The translations under genes and the position numbers were made by a program. DNA of 64,000 nt from positions 1 through 64,000 of IMG/VR virus record IMGVR_UViG_3300009128_001768; one strand, written 5' to 3'. This stretch comes from an uncultured virus (IMG/VR IMGVR_UViG_3300009128_001768) (Duplodnaviria; Heunggongvirae; Uroviricota; Caudoviricetes). Below the pieces are notes generated by a model. That model did no database searches. It had not been told where the DNA came from and saw only the letters and a list, made by a program, of their open reading frames with translations. Within the stretch, counting starts at the first letter, position 1. Each line of letters opens with the position of its first letter. Positions 56,467-64,000 of the stretch are shown piece after piece.

Positions 56467-58922
56467 TATCTTTGTATAATCCTAACATTACGAAGTTCTT
56501 TAGTCGTTAAACCCGCCATAGGATTCGCTGGTATGAGTGTAGTTCTCAAAGATGATAATTCCTTGAAAGAAATATTAATTGGTCTAATCTCGTAAGCATA
56601 GCTGGAATTATATGGTATTTCCCGGTTTATGAAGTGACGATATGAAAAATTCATTGAAGAAGAATCGGCATGGACCGTTCCTAGCAATTCAAAACCGCCG
56701 GCCGATGTAAGGAATACCTGGAAGTGATCTAATCTTGCCATATCGCCAATATATGACCACTTTATAAGATTATTGTCCATCCGCTTCTCGACAGTGGCGG
56801 AAGAGCCCTTCGTTATTGAGTTTGGAACTGCTATTTCAGTTGTTACTTGAACGGCGGTTTTGCCCGCAAGAAAAGGATCAATCGGTTCTAACGCAGACGG
56901 CGCGTTGGCATCAAGCTGGCGAGCTGTTGATGCCAGTGTACTCTTTCGTAATTGCATTGGCCCCCTAAATTTTTGAACGGATCTGGAAAAAGAGAGCAGC
57001 GTTGTCTGGTCTATTTCTGTTGTTACCAAATCAGGAAACAAAGTATCGGCTGGTCGAATGCACGCTGTTACTTTATAGGCGTATCTAGTTCCAGCAGCAA
57101 GAGGTTTGACATTCTTTTCTTGCTGGAGTGCTTGTGAATCTGTAAATGTTCCAGCCTCTTGGGACCCAAATGACTCAACCTCCCCAGTTTTAAAATTTTC
57201 TCTTTCTACAAGAAATACAATTAAAGAAGAGAATTTATCACGGTTCGAAGAAACATCACCGCCAAACAGGCCTGCTTGATTTGCATCAGATAATGTTGCC
57301 TCAATTTCCTCAAATCCAAATTCAGTAAAGCTTCCAGCAATAGAAAAACTCACTGATTTACTATTTTGAGTCGACGTCAGCGTTGCTGAACCAACTTTCA
57401 TATCAACTTTCTTGTTATCTTCTTGCGATTCAATAAAATCTATAATGGCGGCTTTTCCAAGCACTTCTTTCCCATAAAGTGTATAGGTCAGTGGAACGTA
57501 CTTGTACATTGATCCTGGAAGAGGCTTATCACGGAAACTCACTACATCATCCTCAGACGTCACGGATTGAATCTGGTCATCTACTGAACCTGATCCCACA
57601 AGCGTGAATCCGCTCCCTGTCTGTGCTTGCTTTTTAGAATATGAATTATTCGTAAGATTATATCTTCTTAATGCCACTGAGATTGCATTCTTGGGGAAAT
57701 CTGTCACTGTAGTTGTTATTACGTTCGATTCGAGCTTTGCTGTCGCTGTCCCTTTCCCAGAATAGTCCAGCTTGACCTCCTGACGAGGTGTTATCACTGT
57801 AGACGAAAACTCTTCAGTGGGACGAGAATTAGCGCCAACAGCCGTTGCTCTATACATGACAGGACTTGCAGTTGCAACCTTGTCACGAAAACGAATTTCT
57901 CCATCGCCAACATCAAGGTCTGTGTCTAATATTGATACCCAACCTGTTCCAGCAGAATTATCTGTTGGAGCCAATCGACGAAATAATTTGACTCTTGACG
58001 CCTTAGAGTCTAACTGCGTCACCCCCACCGATAATTCACCAATGCCCAATTGAGAAACAGATAGTGCTGGAGGCTTTGTTGGCGTCAAAAAATCATTTAA
58101 GATTTTCGCGTGGGAGACCACAACACCTGCTTCGCCGACAACAACACCCTTGCTTGATCGTAATGTTGCATGAAGATAAAATGTTGACCTGCTCTTTAAG
58201 CGCTTTTCAGAAAGCCTTACCATACGCTTTAATTTCGCATTTCTTAAAAACACAGTAAATATTTTTGGAACAACCTCTTTCTTTGTTTCACGAAACATAA
58301 CTTTCTGAGCTAGCATCGCGTCAGATGGTCCTAAAAATGAAAGCGCATCTGGCCTTGATTTTTTAAAGCGACTTTTTCTTCTAGAGCTGACAATTTGTGC
58401 GGGGTCACGTCTCGTAGAAACAAAAGCATTTGACACTTTCTGTAAGCTCACCCGCTTTCGACGAGGCAAACTACCTGATAAAGGTAGAGTATATAATTCT
58501 GAATTTAAAATTGGAACAGTCTTTCTCTTAACAGGCCGACGGTAAGCTAGCCTTCCTGATGCAATCCACCTTGCATTTTCGTTTGGTATAGCGTCTGTTA
58601 TTTCTGTCTTTAGATAGGCAAACTGCTGAGCCTTTCTTGTCTTTACCTTTTTCTGAGCAGCTTTTTCTAGCCTCTTTGTAGATTTTTTAAAAGACTTTGT
58701 AGAAACAGCAGCTGGTTTTACCTTCGATTTTTCTGGTTTTTTCGCGAGGAGTCGTACTTCTAAAAATAACGCATCAGACCTCACGGCTTGGGTAATATCG
58801 ATAGAAAAAGTAAATCGATATATGAACGATCTAGAACCAGGTTCTCCATACACACGAAGCAACTTTGCGTACTGGCTAGGTATCGTCACTACGTCGGGTG
58901 AAATTTGCGGTTTAAATAGCAT
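56466..58922 (-). CDS. Putative structural protein: basic N-terminus plus FN3/Ig-like segments
   Basis: 818 aa. Lys/Arg-rich first ~250 aa, then repeated beta-sandwich patterns (MYRATAV, YKYVPL, YAYKVTA, YAYEIRP). Confidence 0.6.
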   Translation of the reverse strand: MLFKPQISPDVVTIPSQYAKLLRVYGEPGSRSFIYRFTFSIDITQAVRSDALFLEVRLLAKKPEKSKVKPAAVSTKSFKKSTKRLEKAAQKKVKTRKAQQFAYLKTEITDAIPNENARWIASGRLAYRRPVKRKTVPILNSELYTLPLSGSLPRRKRVSLQKVSNAFVSTRRDPAQIVSSRRKSRFKKSRPDALSFLGPSDAMLAQKVMFRETKKEVVPKIFTVFLRNAKLKRMVRLSEKRLKSRSTFYLHATLRSSKGVVVGEAGVVVSHAKILNDFLTPTKPPALSVSQLGIGELSVGVTQLDSKASRVKLFRRLAPTDNSAGTGWVSILDTDLDVGDGEIRFRDKVATASPVMYRATAVGANSRPTEEFSSTVITPRQEVKLDYSGKGTATAKLESNVITTTVTDFPKNAISVALRRYNLTNNSYSKKQAQTGSGFTLVGSGSVDDQIQSVTSEDDVVSFRDKPLPGSMYKYVPLTYTLYGKEVLGKAAIIDFIESQEDNKKVDMKVGSATLTSTQNSKSVSFSIAGSFTEFGFEEIEATLSDANQAGLFGGDVSSNRDKFSSLIVFLVERENFKTGEVESFGSQEAGTFTDSQALQQEKNVKPLAAGTRYAYKVTACIRPADTLFPDLVTTEIDQTTLLSFSRSVQKFRGPMQLRKSTLASTARQLDANAPSALEPIDPFLAGKTAVQVTTEIAVPNSITKGSSATVEKRMDNNLIKWSYIGDMARLDHFQVFLTSAGGFELLGTVHADSSSMNFSYRHFINREIPYNSSYAYEIRPINISFKELSSLRTTLIPANPMAGLTTKELRNVRIIQR

Positions 58923-58930
58923 CTATCAAC

Positions 58931-59878
58931 TCAATCAAATACAACGGTAAACAGATTTATAAAAGTATCTTCGCCCGCGTCATCATTAAATAGCTTGCCG
59001 ACAAAAAATACATGCTTTCCTGGGCTGAATGGGTCTTCATCTTCGAACTCACCGAAATCTATAACCCTAAGCTTATTTACGCTGCCGCTACAAACTTCAA
59101 AGACCTGGCACACTAAATTATTGTCTTTTGAAGTCTCCGGAAATGTAACGCTCAAAGGGGCGCCTACACCGGTTTCACCGCTGGGATCGTTTGCCCCAAG
59201 TGAAACCATAAGATCTTGGTAATTTAATGGAGCGGGTTGTTGAAGTTTTGGATAGTCTCTTAATACAGCACCCGATGTCTTGTTTACTGGTGACATAAAT
59301 TGGAAATTCGGTATGTGGGTTAATTTCTTGTCTTGCCATAAGCTTTCGGCATTTTGTAGAGATATTCTACGAGGTTTTGTAGATGGAATAGGTAGATTAC
59401 AAGTTACAAAAAATGTGTGAGAATATGTGCTAACTTTAAAATCATCATTTTCGTCGAGGGGATCACTCGATCGAAGGGGCTGCATATCCTTCAGCGAATC
59501 AACACAGTCTGTAAACGCGGTACTAGCACTAGAGACTAACGTGTCGCCAGCCAAAAATGCTGTTCCTCCAGAAGCCCCGGAAAGTACAAGCATCGAACCG
59601 TTTGTTAGCTCAAAATCTCCAGCGGGAAATGATATTTGACCATCATCATCGAATTCTGGAATTACTTGGTCTTGTGGCCTATTGTGAGCTTCAAAGAATA
59701 TACGGTTTGTAGTGTCGGTGGCACGTTTTGGGTCGGTACCATCAGCCTCGTAAAAGGTTGCGTAATCAGAAAAAGTTGCGAAGGAAAAACGTAATTCCCA
59801 ATGCGCTGACTGACTCCGTCCGACCTGCGTCAGGAACGTATCCATAAATCTTGTTTTGGGATTTAAAATTCCAGCCAT
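58931..59878 (-). CDS. Putative virion structural protein
   Basis: 315 aa. N-terminal MAGILNPKTRFMDTFLTQVGR resembles the N-terminus of 50235-50942. ATACTTA motif just upstream. Confidence 0.6.
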   Translation of the reverse strand: MAGILNPKTRFMDTFLTQVGRSQSAHWELRFSFATFSDYATFYEADGTDPKRATDTTNRIFFEAHNRPQDQVIPEFDDDGQISFPAGDFELTNGSMLVLSGASGGTAFLAGDTLVSSASTAFTDCVDSLKDMQPLRSSDPLDENDDFKVSTYSHTFFVTCNLPIPSTKPRRISLQNAESLWQDKKLTHIPNFQFMSPVNKTSGAVLRDYPKLQQPAPLNYQDLMVSLGANDPSGETGVGAPLSVTFPETSKDNNLVCQVFEVCSGSVNKLRVIDFGEFEDEDPFSPGKHVFFVGKLFNDDAGEDTFINLFTVVFD

Positions 59879-59889
59879 GCATCTAAGTA

Positions 59890-60411
59890 TTAGCTACCAG
59901 ATTCCTCAAGCTCAGCTTTTCGCTCTGCCTCCTCAAGCTCAGCTTTTATCTCAGCTTTCGCTTCTCGAATCACGGCTGTAGTCGGACCTGGGTGTGCACC
60001 GACTTCTCGCTTAGTGCTGCTACTTCGTTCTTCAATCGCACCAGAAGCAATTGCTGCTTTCAATTCTTCTTTTCTATTCTTGTCTTCCAGAATACGAGAT
60101 TCAAAATTTTGCCACTCTGTATTAACGGAAACCCACACACCTAATTCTTGCTTTAAATAAGCTACTTGCTGTAACGCGTCTGTGAACCCACCTGCAACAT
60201 ACCCGGGAGCTCTGTTCAGAATTGCTACAAGCTGCTCAACAACCTTCTGCTCTCCATCATTAACGTCAATATTTTCTACTGCCTCCTGTAGCACCTCTGT
60301 TAGCCTTCGAGAGTGATACTGTGGATTCAGTACTTTAGTATTTTGATTTTTTATTCTTTCTTGAACATCAACCAATTTTCCCTTGATCACGGCGGCGAAA
60401 TCATCTTCCAT
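59890..60411 (-). CDS. Hypothetical coiled-coil protein
   Basis: 173 aa with a strong GGGAGG SD. Confidence 0.75.
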   Translation of the reverse strand: MEDDFAAVIKGKLVDVQERIKNQNTKVLNPQYHSRRLTEVLQEAVENIDVNDGEQKVVEQLVAILNRAPGYVAGGFTDALQQVAYLKQELGVWVSVNTEWQNFESRILEDKNRKEELKAAIASGAIEERSSSTKREVGAHPGPTTAVIREAKAEIKAELEEAERKAELEESGS

Positions 60412-60429
60412 AAATTACCTCCCAGTGGA

Positions 60430-60458
60430 ATATTATAACTTAATGTTCGAAGGGTAAA
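60430..60458 (-). promoter_or_regulatory. possible sigma70-like promoter
   Basis: Minus strand TTTACC-N17-TAATAT (with an overlapping TATAAT), immediately after the terminator. Confidence 0.45.
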
Positions 60459-60461
60459 AAT

Positions 60462-60490
60462 AAAAAGGGGGGACCTCGAAAGGTCCCCCC
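60462..60490 (-). terminator. Rho-independent terminator after the fibre-like gene
   Basis: 10-bp stem GGGGGGACCT/AGGTCCCCCC with a TTCG loop on the minus strand, then TTTTT. Confidence 0.88.
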
Positions 60491-60519
60491 AGACATAAAA
60501 GCTGATTTCAGCTTGTTTC

Positions 60520-63276
60520 TTAAGATCTAAGAACGAATGTCAAAACATCACCGACTTCAAGACCAAACTCGAATCGGACGATGCCATTAGTTGTACCCTC
60601 GTTATACCAGTCCTTGTTTGATGCAGCAGAAGCTCCAGGCATCAAGAGCTGACCGTTCAGGTATATCTCTCTATCAGTAGCGGCGGATATATCAGCTTGT
60701 CCCCAAGAGGCTGCATTGATCGTAGGCACAGACACGTTAGCGTCGGCAGCAACGGCCGTACCGACTTCGGTGTAGCCTTTTGTGGTTTGACCGGAACCGA
60801 TGAAAGTCTTAAGATCGCTAGCAGGTACCTTCTTCATTGCCCCGCCGTCGTCGACAAGGATTCCATCAGTGTCGGCAATCGTTATCGAAGCGTCATTGCC
60901 AACATCACCGTCCAGCAAACTAAGCTCTGTAGCGGTTGCAGTCACGTTTGTCCCGCCGATATCGAGCGTAGTCATAGATACTTCACCCGCAACAGTGAGA
61001 ATGGCATTCCCAAGAGTTAACAAGTCATGGTCCGAGAGGCTCCCAATCGTGGCGTCGTCCTTGAGCTCTAGCCCAGCATCACCGATTGTGACTATATCAG
61101 TACCGTCGACATCGAAGATGAACCTACCGTCGTCAGCATTAGCTGTGGACGACGCGGTGGCAAACTCGACCTTTTCAAGGGTCTGAGCACCTGACGCGTA
61201 GCTCACTGTTATGCCAAGGCTGTCAGCAGCATCTTTACCTACTCTGATCGAAGGATTACCATCATTTACAGCATTGTACATCGTAACATCGCCAGCGGCA
61301 ATGTTGGTTGTAGCAGCAGCCTTACCGATTGTAGTAAGTTCAACGAGGGAATCAATCGCAGCTTCAATAGTGCTTTCAGTTGTTGCGTCAATAGCATCAA
61401 CATTTGACAGCGTCATTGTGCCGCCACTGTCGGACAGAATCGCAGTGCCAGCTACCGCGTAAGCCATGCTTGCTGATATGCTGACGCCTGCGTCACCGAT
61501 GGACAGAATATCTGTCCCATCAACATCAAAGACAAATTTACCGTCGTCAGCATTACCTGTGGACGACGCGGTGGAGAACTCGACCTTTTCAAGGGTCTGA
61601 GCACCTGACGCGTAGCTCACTGCGATACCGAGGCTGTCAGCAGCATCTTTACCTACTCTGATTGTGGGGTTACCATCGTTTACAGCATTGTACATGGTGA
61701 GGTCACCAGCTGCGATATCTGTTGTAGCAGCAGCCTTACCGATTGTAACAAGGTTTGGCATAGCTGTTATCTCATCATCATAGTATGCAGCAAGAGACTG
61801 TACCGTGACCTGCTTCATTGTGCCGGCGTCGTTGAAGAGCACACCGTCGTTGTCGGCAACAGTAACAGTTGCAACATTTGAGCCACCGTCGAGGAGTGCA
61901 AACTCCGCAGCAGTAACAGCCGTAGACGCATCAGTAGCTGTATCAGTGATTGCTGGAATGAAGTAGTTACCCGCAGTCAGCGTTGGCAATGCGAAAGAAC
62001 AATCAGCAGTTGGTTCAACAACCTTAAGCGTAGTCTCGTGGGCATTGGCAGTAGCACCTTCGAACACGAGGACATCTACTGTACTCTCGATAATCGTCTG
62101 GTTGACTGTAGTTGTCGTTCCCTGAACAGTTAGATCACCAGCAATAATTGCCTCGCCCACAATTGTCGTTGTAGACGCAGAACCAGCGCCGATTGTTACA
62201 TCAACCTGGCCATCTGTTGCGTGCTCACCCTCTAGTATCAGACCAGCAGTAAGAGTTGTCGTTGTCCCGTTACTTTCTGCGACGAACAATGACATTTTAC
62301 CTGCTTCGTCAGTATCATCAGACTCAGAGACCTCTACCAGAATTTTTCCAAACGCGGTCGCGTTTTGACCAGCATCATCACCGAGCCACTCAATGCTACC
62401 AACATCATCGCCATCAGCACCTGCGGCGCCCTTATCTTTAACAAACCGAAGACGAGCACCTAAGGCGTCGGAGTTGGTGTTTTTCAGGATCGCCAGCGGC
62501 AAGTTGGAGGTAGAAGACTCGAGATTCAAGCCAGTAAACTGTGGGCTATCCTCAGTTCCAACACCCAAAGCGCTTGCAGCAGCAGCGGCAGTTGAAGCAC
62601 CGGTTCCACCATCAGCAATCGCAACGTCTGTTCCACCAGCACGGTAGATGATGTTTCCTTCAATGTTAACATCGCCAGAACCTTGCCTTGTAAGTGTAGT
62701 GTCAGATGCATGACCAAGTTCAATACCTGTAAATTGTGGACTGTCACCAGTACCAACACCAATGCTTGTGCGAAGTGTTGCTCCGCTTTCAACGGCGGGG
62801 TCAGTCGTACCGTCACCAACAAGCATCTCACCATCGGAAAGAACGTTCATCGCCTGAATAGCGCCAGAGCCGTTACCAAGTAGGATACCACCGTCTGTTA
62901 GCGATGTTGCTCCTGTACCACCTTGTTCCACTGTAACAGCGGTGGCGGTTGTCAGGATAGTACCTGTCGATGCAGGTAACGTGTTTACGCCAGCACCGTC
63001 TTCAGCGCGCAGCTTATTCTCGTTACCATCAGCGGAAGAGCCTTCCCAGATGATCTCACCGTTATTGTCTGTGGTGAGCTTGATATCACCGGCAGTGGCA
63101 CCATCGGTACCGATAACGACAGGAGCACCAAACTCTGATTGACCTGATACCGTATCAAATCTTAAATATGATTGATCAGATGCGCCAGAACCATCGACGA
63201 ATTCAAAAGCAGCAGCATTGTTGCTTGCGAGTCCACCAGAGAGCTGGAGCAATCTCATTTTTGTTTTTTGGGGCAT
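60520..63276 (-). CDS. Tail fibre / long fibrous virion protein
   Basis: 918 aa, Gly/Ala/Thr/Asp-rich. Fibre-type repeats VEQGGTGAT and IADGGTGAS, two copies of GVGTxDSPQFTG, an internal tandem duplication, and C-terminal IYLNGQLL...GDVL. Confidence 0.75.
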   Translation of the reverse strand: MPQKTKMRLLQLSGGLASNNAAAFEFVDGSGASDQSYLRFDTVSGQSEFGAPVVIGTDGATAGDIKLTTDNNGEIIWEGSSADGNENKLRAEDGAGVNTLPASTGTILTTATAVTVEQGGTGATSLTDGGILLGNGSGAIQAMNVLSDGEMLVGDGTTDPAVESGATLRTSIGVGTGDSPQFTGIELGHASDTTLTRQGSGDVNIEGNIIYRAGGTDVAIADGGTGASTAAAAASALGVGTEDSPQFTGLNLESSTSNLPLAILKNTNSDALGARLRFVKDKGAAGADGDDVGSIEWLGDDAGQNATAFGKILVEVSESDDTDEAGKMSLFVAESNGTTTTLTAGLILEGEHATDGQVDVTIGAGSASTTTIVGEAIIAGDLTVQGTTTTVNQTIIESTVDVLVFEGATANAHETTLKVVEPTADCSFALPTLTAGNYFIPAITDTATDASTAVTAAEFALLDGGSNVATVTVADNDGVLFNDAGTMKQVTVQSLAAYYDDEITAMPNLVTIGKAAATTDIAAGDLTMYNAVNDGNPTIRVGKDAADSLGIAVSYASGAQTLEKVEFSTASSTGNADDGKFVFDVDGTDILSIGDAGVSISASMAYAVAGTAILSDSGGTMTLSNVDAIDATTESTIEAAIDSLVELTTIGKAAATTNIAAGDVTMYNAVNDGNPSIRVGKDAADSLGITVSYASGAQTLEKVEFATASSTANADDGRFIFDVDGTDIVTIGDAGLELKDDATIGSLSDHDLLTLGNAILTVAGEVSMTTLDIGGTNVTATATELSLLDGDVGNDASITIADTDGILVDDGGAMKKVPASDLKTFIGSGQTTKGYTEVGTAVAADANVSVPTINAASWGQADISAATDREIYLNGQLLMPGASAASNKDWYNEGTTNGIVRFEFGLEVGDVLTFVLRS
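61081..61747. repeat. Intragenic direct repeat, 414-nt (138-codon) offset
   Basis: About 61081-61333 matches about 61495-61747, including the identical stretch aactcgaccttttcaagggtctgagcacctgacgcgtagctcactg. Confidence 0.92.
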
Positions 63277-63406
63277 AATTTATTTTCCTTTTTCGAAATT
63301 AGTGTTCTACAAACACATAAACGAAGAAATCAACGTAAAAAACATACGGGGAAAACAAACTAATAGGAAACGAACGAACTTGCCTCTAACTATACAAGTC
63401 TTAGCG

Positions 63407-63625
63407 TTAGTGCACGAGATTTTTCAAGTTTTTTAGTATCGCATCGAAGCGTGAATAATCACTGTTGATGTACCCAACAGCGTACTTTGTACACTCAACA
63501 TTGTCTTTAAACACAAATTTATATCTGTTTTTCTCTCGACCCGCAGAGAGGAGCTCACACCCCTTCAAAAGAAGAAACGCTGCTAATCCGATATCCGCGG
63601 TAATATATTGAGATGTGTCTTGCAT
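63407..63625 (-). CDS. Small protein resembling DUF5659
   Basis: 72 aa. YITADIGLAAFLLLKG...RYKFVF...LKNLKNLV pattern, recalled rather than searched. Confidence 0.6.
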   Translation of the reverse strand: MQDTSQYITADIGLAAFLLLKGCELLSAGREKNRYKFVFKDNVECTKYAVGYINSDYSRFDAILKNLKNLVH

Positions 63626-63648
63626 ACTAATTTAAATTATGGTGTCCA

Positions 63649-64000
63649 CTAGCTTACTACCTTGTATACCATTACATCGAGAACATCATCAATTTCAATA
63701 TCAAACGCAAATTTTAATGATGATGCACCAGTCACATAGTAATCTCGTTCCACAGGATCTGCTGTTACCTGCGCTGCTGTGCCAGAATGCAATAACTGTC
63801 CATTCAATAAAACGTCGATCAAACCAATGTCATAAGATACCGTCGCAAAATTTGTCGATGACACTGGAACATTCACCCCGGCAGAATACGATTGTGCTAG
63901 AAAATAGCTCTGTCTCTGTCTTTCGGATACCCCAGTATTACTAACTTGAACATAACCAGATGATCCGGTGGTTATAGAGATACCAGTACCAGACCGAAGA
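63649..64000 (-). CDS. C-terminal part of a fibre/structural protein (start lies outside the window)
   Basis: Frame is open from 63999 (LRSGTGISITTGSSG...) to the stop at 63649. Ends in VLLNGQLL...DYY...LKFAFDIEIDDVL, like the 918-aa protein. Confidence 0.75.
   Translation of the reverse strand, partial: LRSGTGISITTGSSGYVQVSNTGVSERQRQSYFLAQSYSAGVNVPVSSTNFATVSYDIGLIDVLLNGQLLHSGTAAQVTADPVERDYYVTGASSLKFAFDIEIDDVLDVMVYKVVS

Noticed and set aside
1..64000. Numerous plus-strand ORFs of 60-247 aa (e.g. 13579-14226, 14842-15432, 54239-54982, 30912-31430)
   Set aside because: All are antisense shadows of long minus-strand genes with recognisable motifs, and none shows its own motifs.
1..64000. Alternative genetic code (stop-codon recoding, as in some large phages)
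   Set aside because: Conserved genes are full length under the standard code, and TAA, TAG and TGA each end genes at the expected positions.
1..64000. CRISPR array, tRNA genes, or diversity-generating retroelement
   Set aside because: No regularly spaced short repeats and no intergenic cloverleaf seen. The fibre repeat is in-frame, does not show adenine-specific differences, and no reverse transcriptase is present in the window.

Overview
The whole window is a gene-dense segment of a large (jumbo-type, distantly T4-like) contractile-tailed bacteriophage genome. All credible genes lie on the minus strand and use the standard genetic code (TAA, TAG and TGA all act as stops). Reading in the direction of transcription (right to left) it holds: tail fibre/baseplate-periphery genes (46.5-64 kb); a recombination block with a RuvC-like resolvase, primase and a single-ORF Mre11-Rad50 (SbcD-SbcC) fusion; terminase, portal, prohead protease, small putative head proteins, scaffold and major capsid; neck/terminator proteins; two tandem ~1030-aa tail sheath paralogues, tail tube, a tail-assembly chaperone pair joined by a probable +1/-2 frameshift, and a membrane-helix-rich tape measure; baseplate proteins; and a replication block (short family-A polymerase, DEDDh exonuclease, gp32-like SSB, RecA, 5'-3' exonuclease, truncated DnaB-like helicase). 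Regulatory signals read directly from the sequence are four intrinsic terminators, sigma70-like promoters mainly before non-virion genes, and a recurring ATANTTA motif before 12 mostly structural genes (candidate late promoter). I saw no tRNA, rRNA, CRISPR array, integrase or transposase. Functional calls rest on motif recognition and gene order only; no database searches were run.
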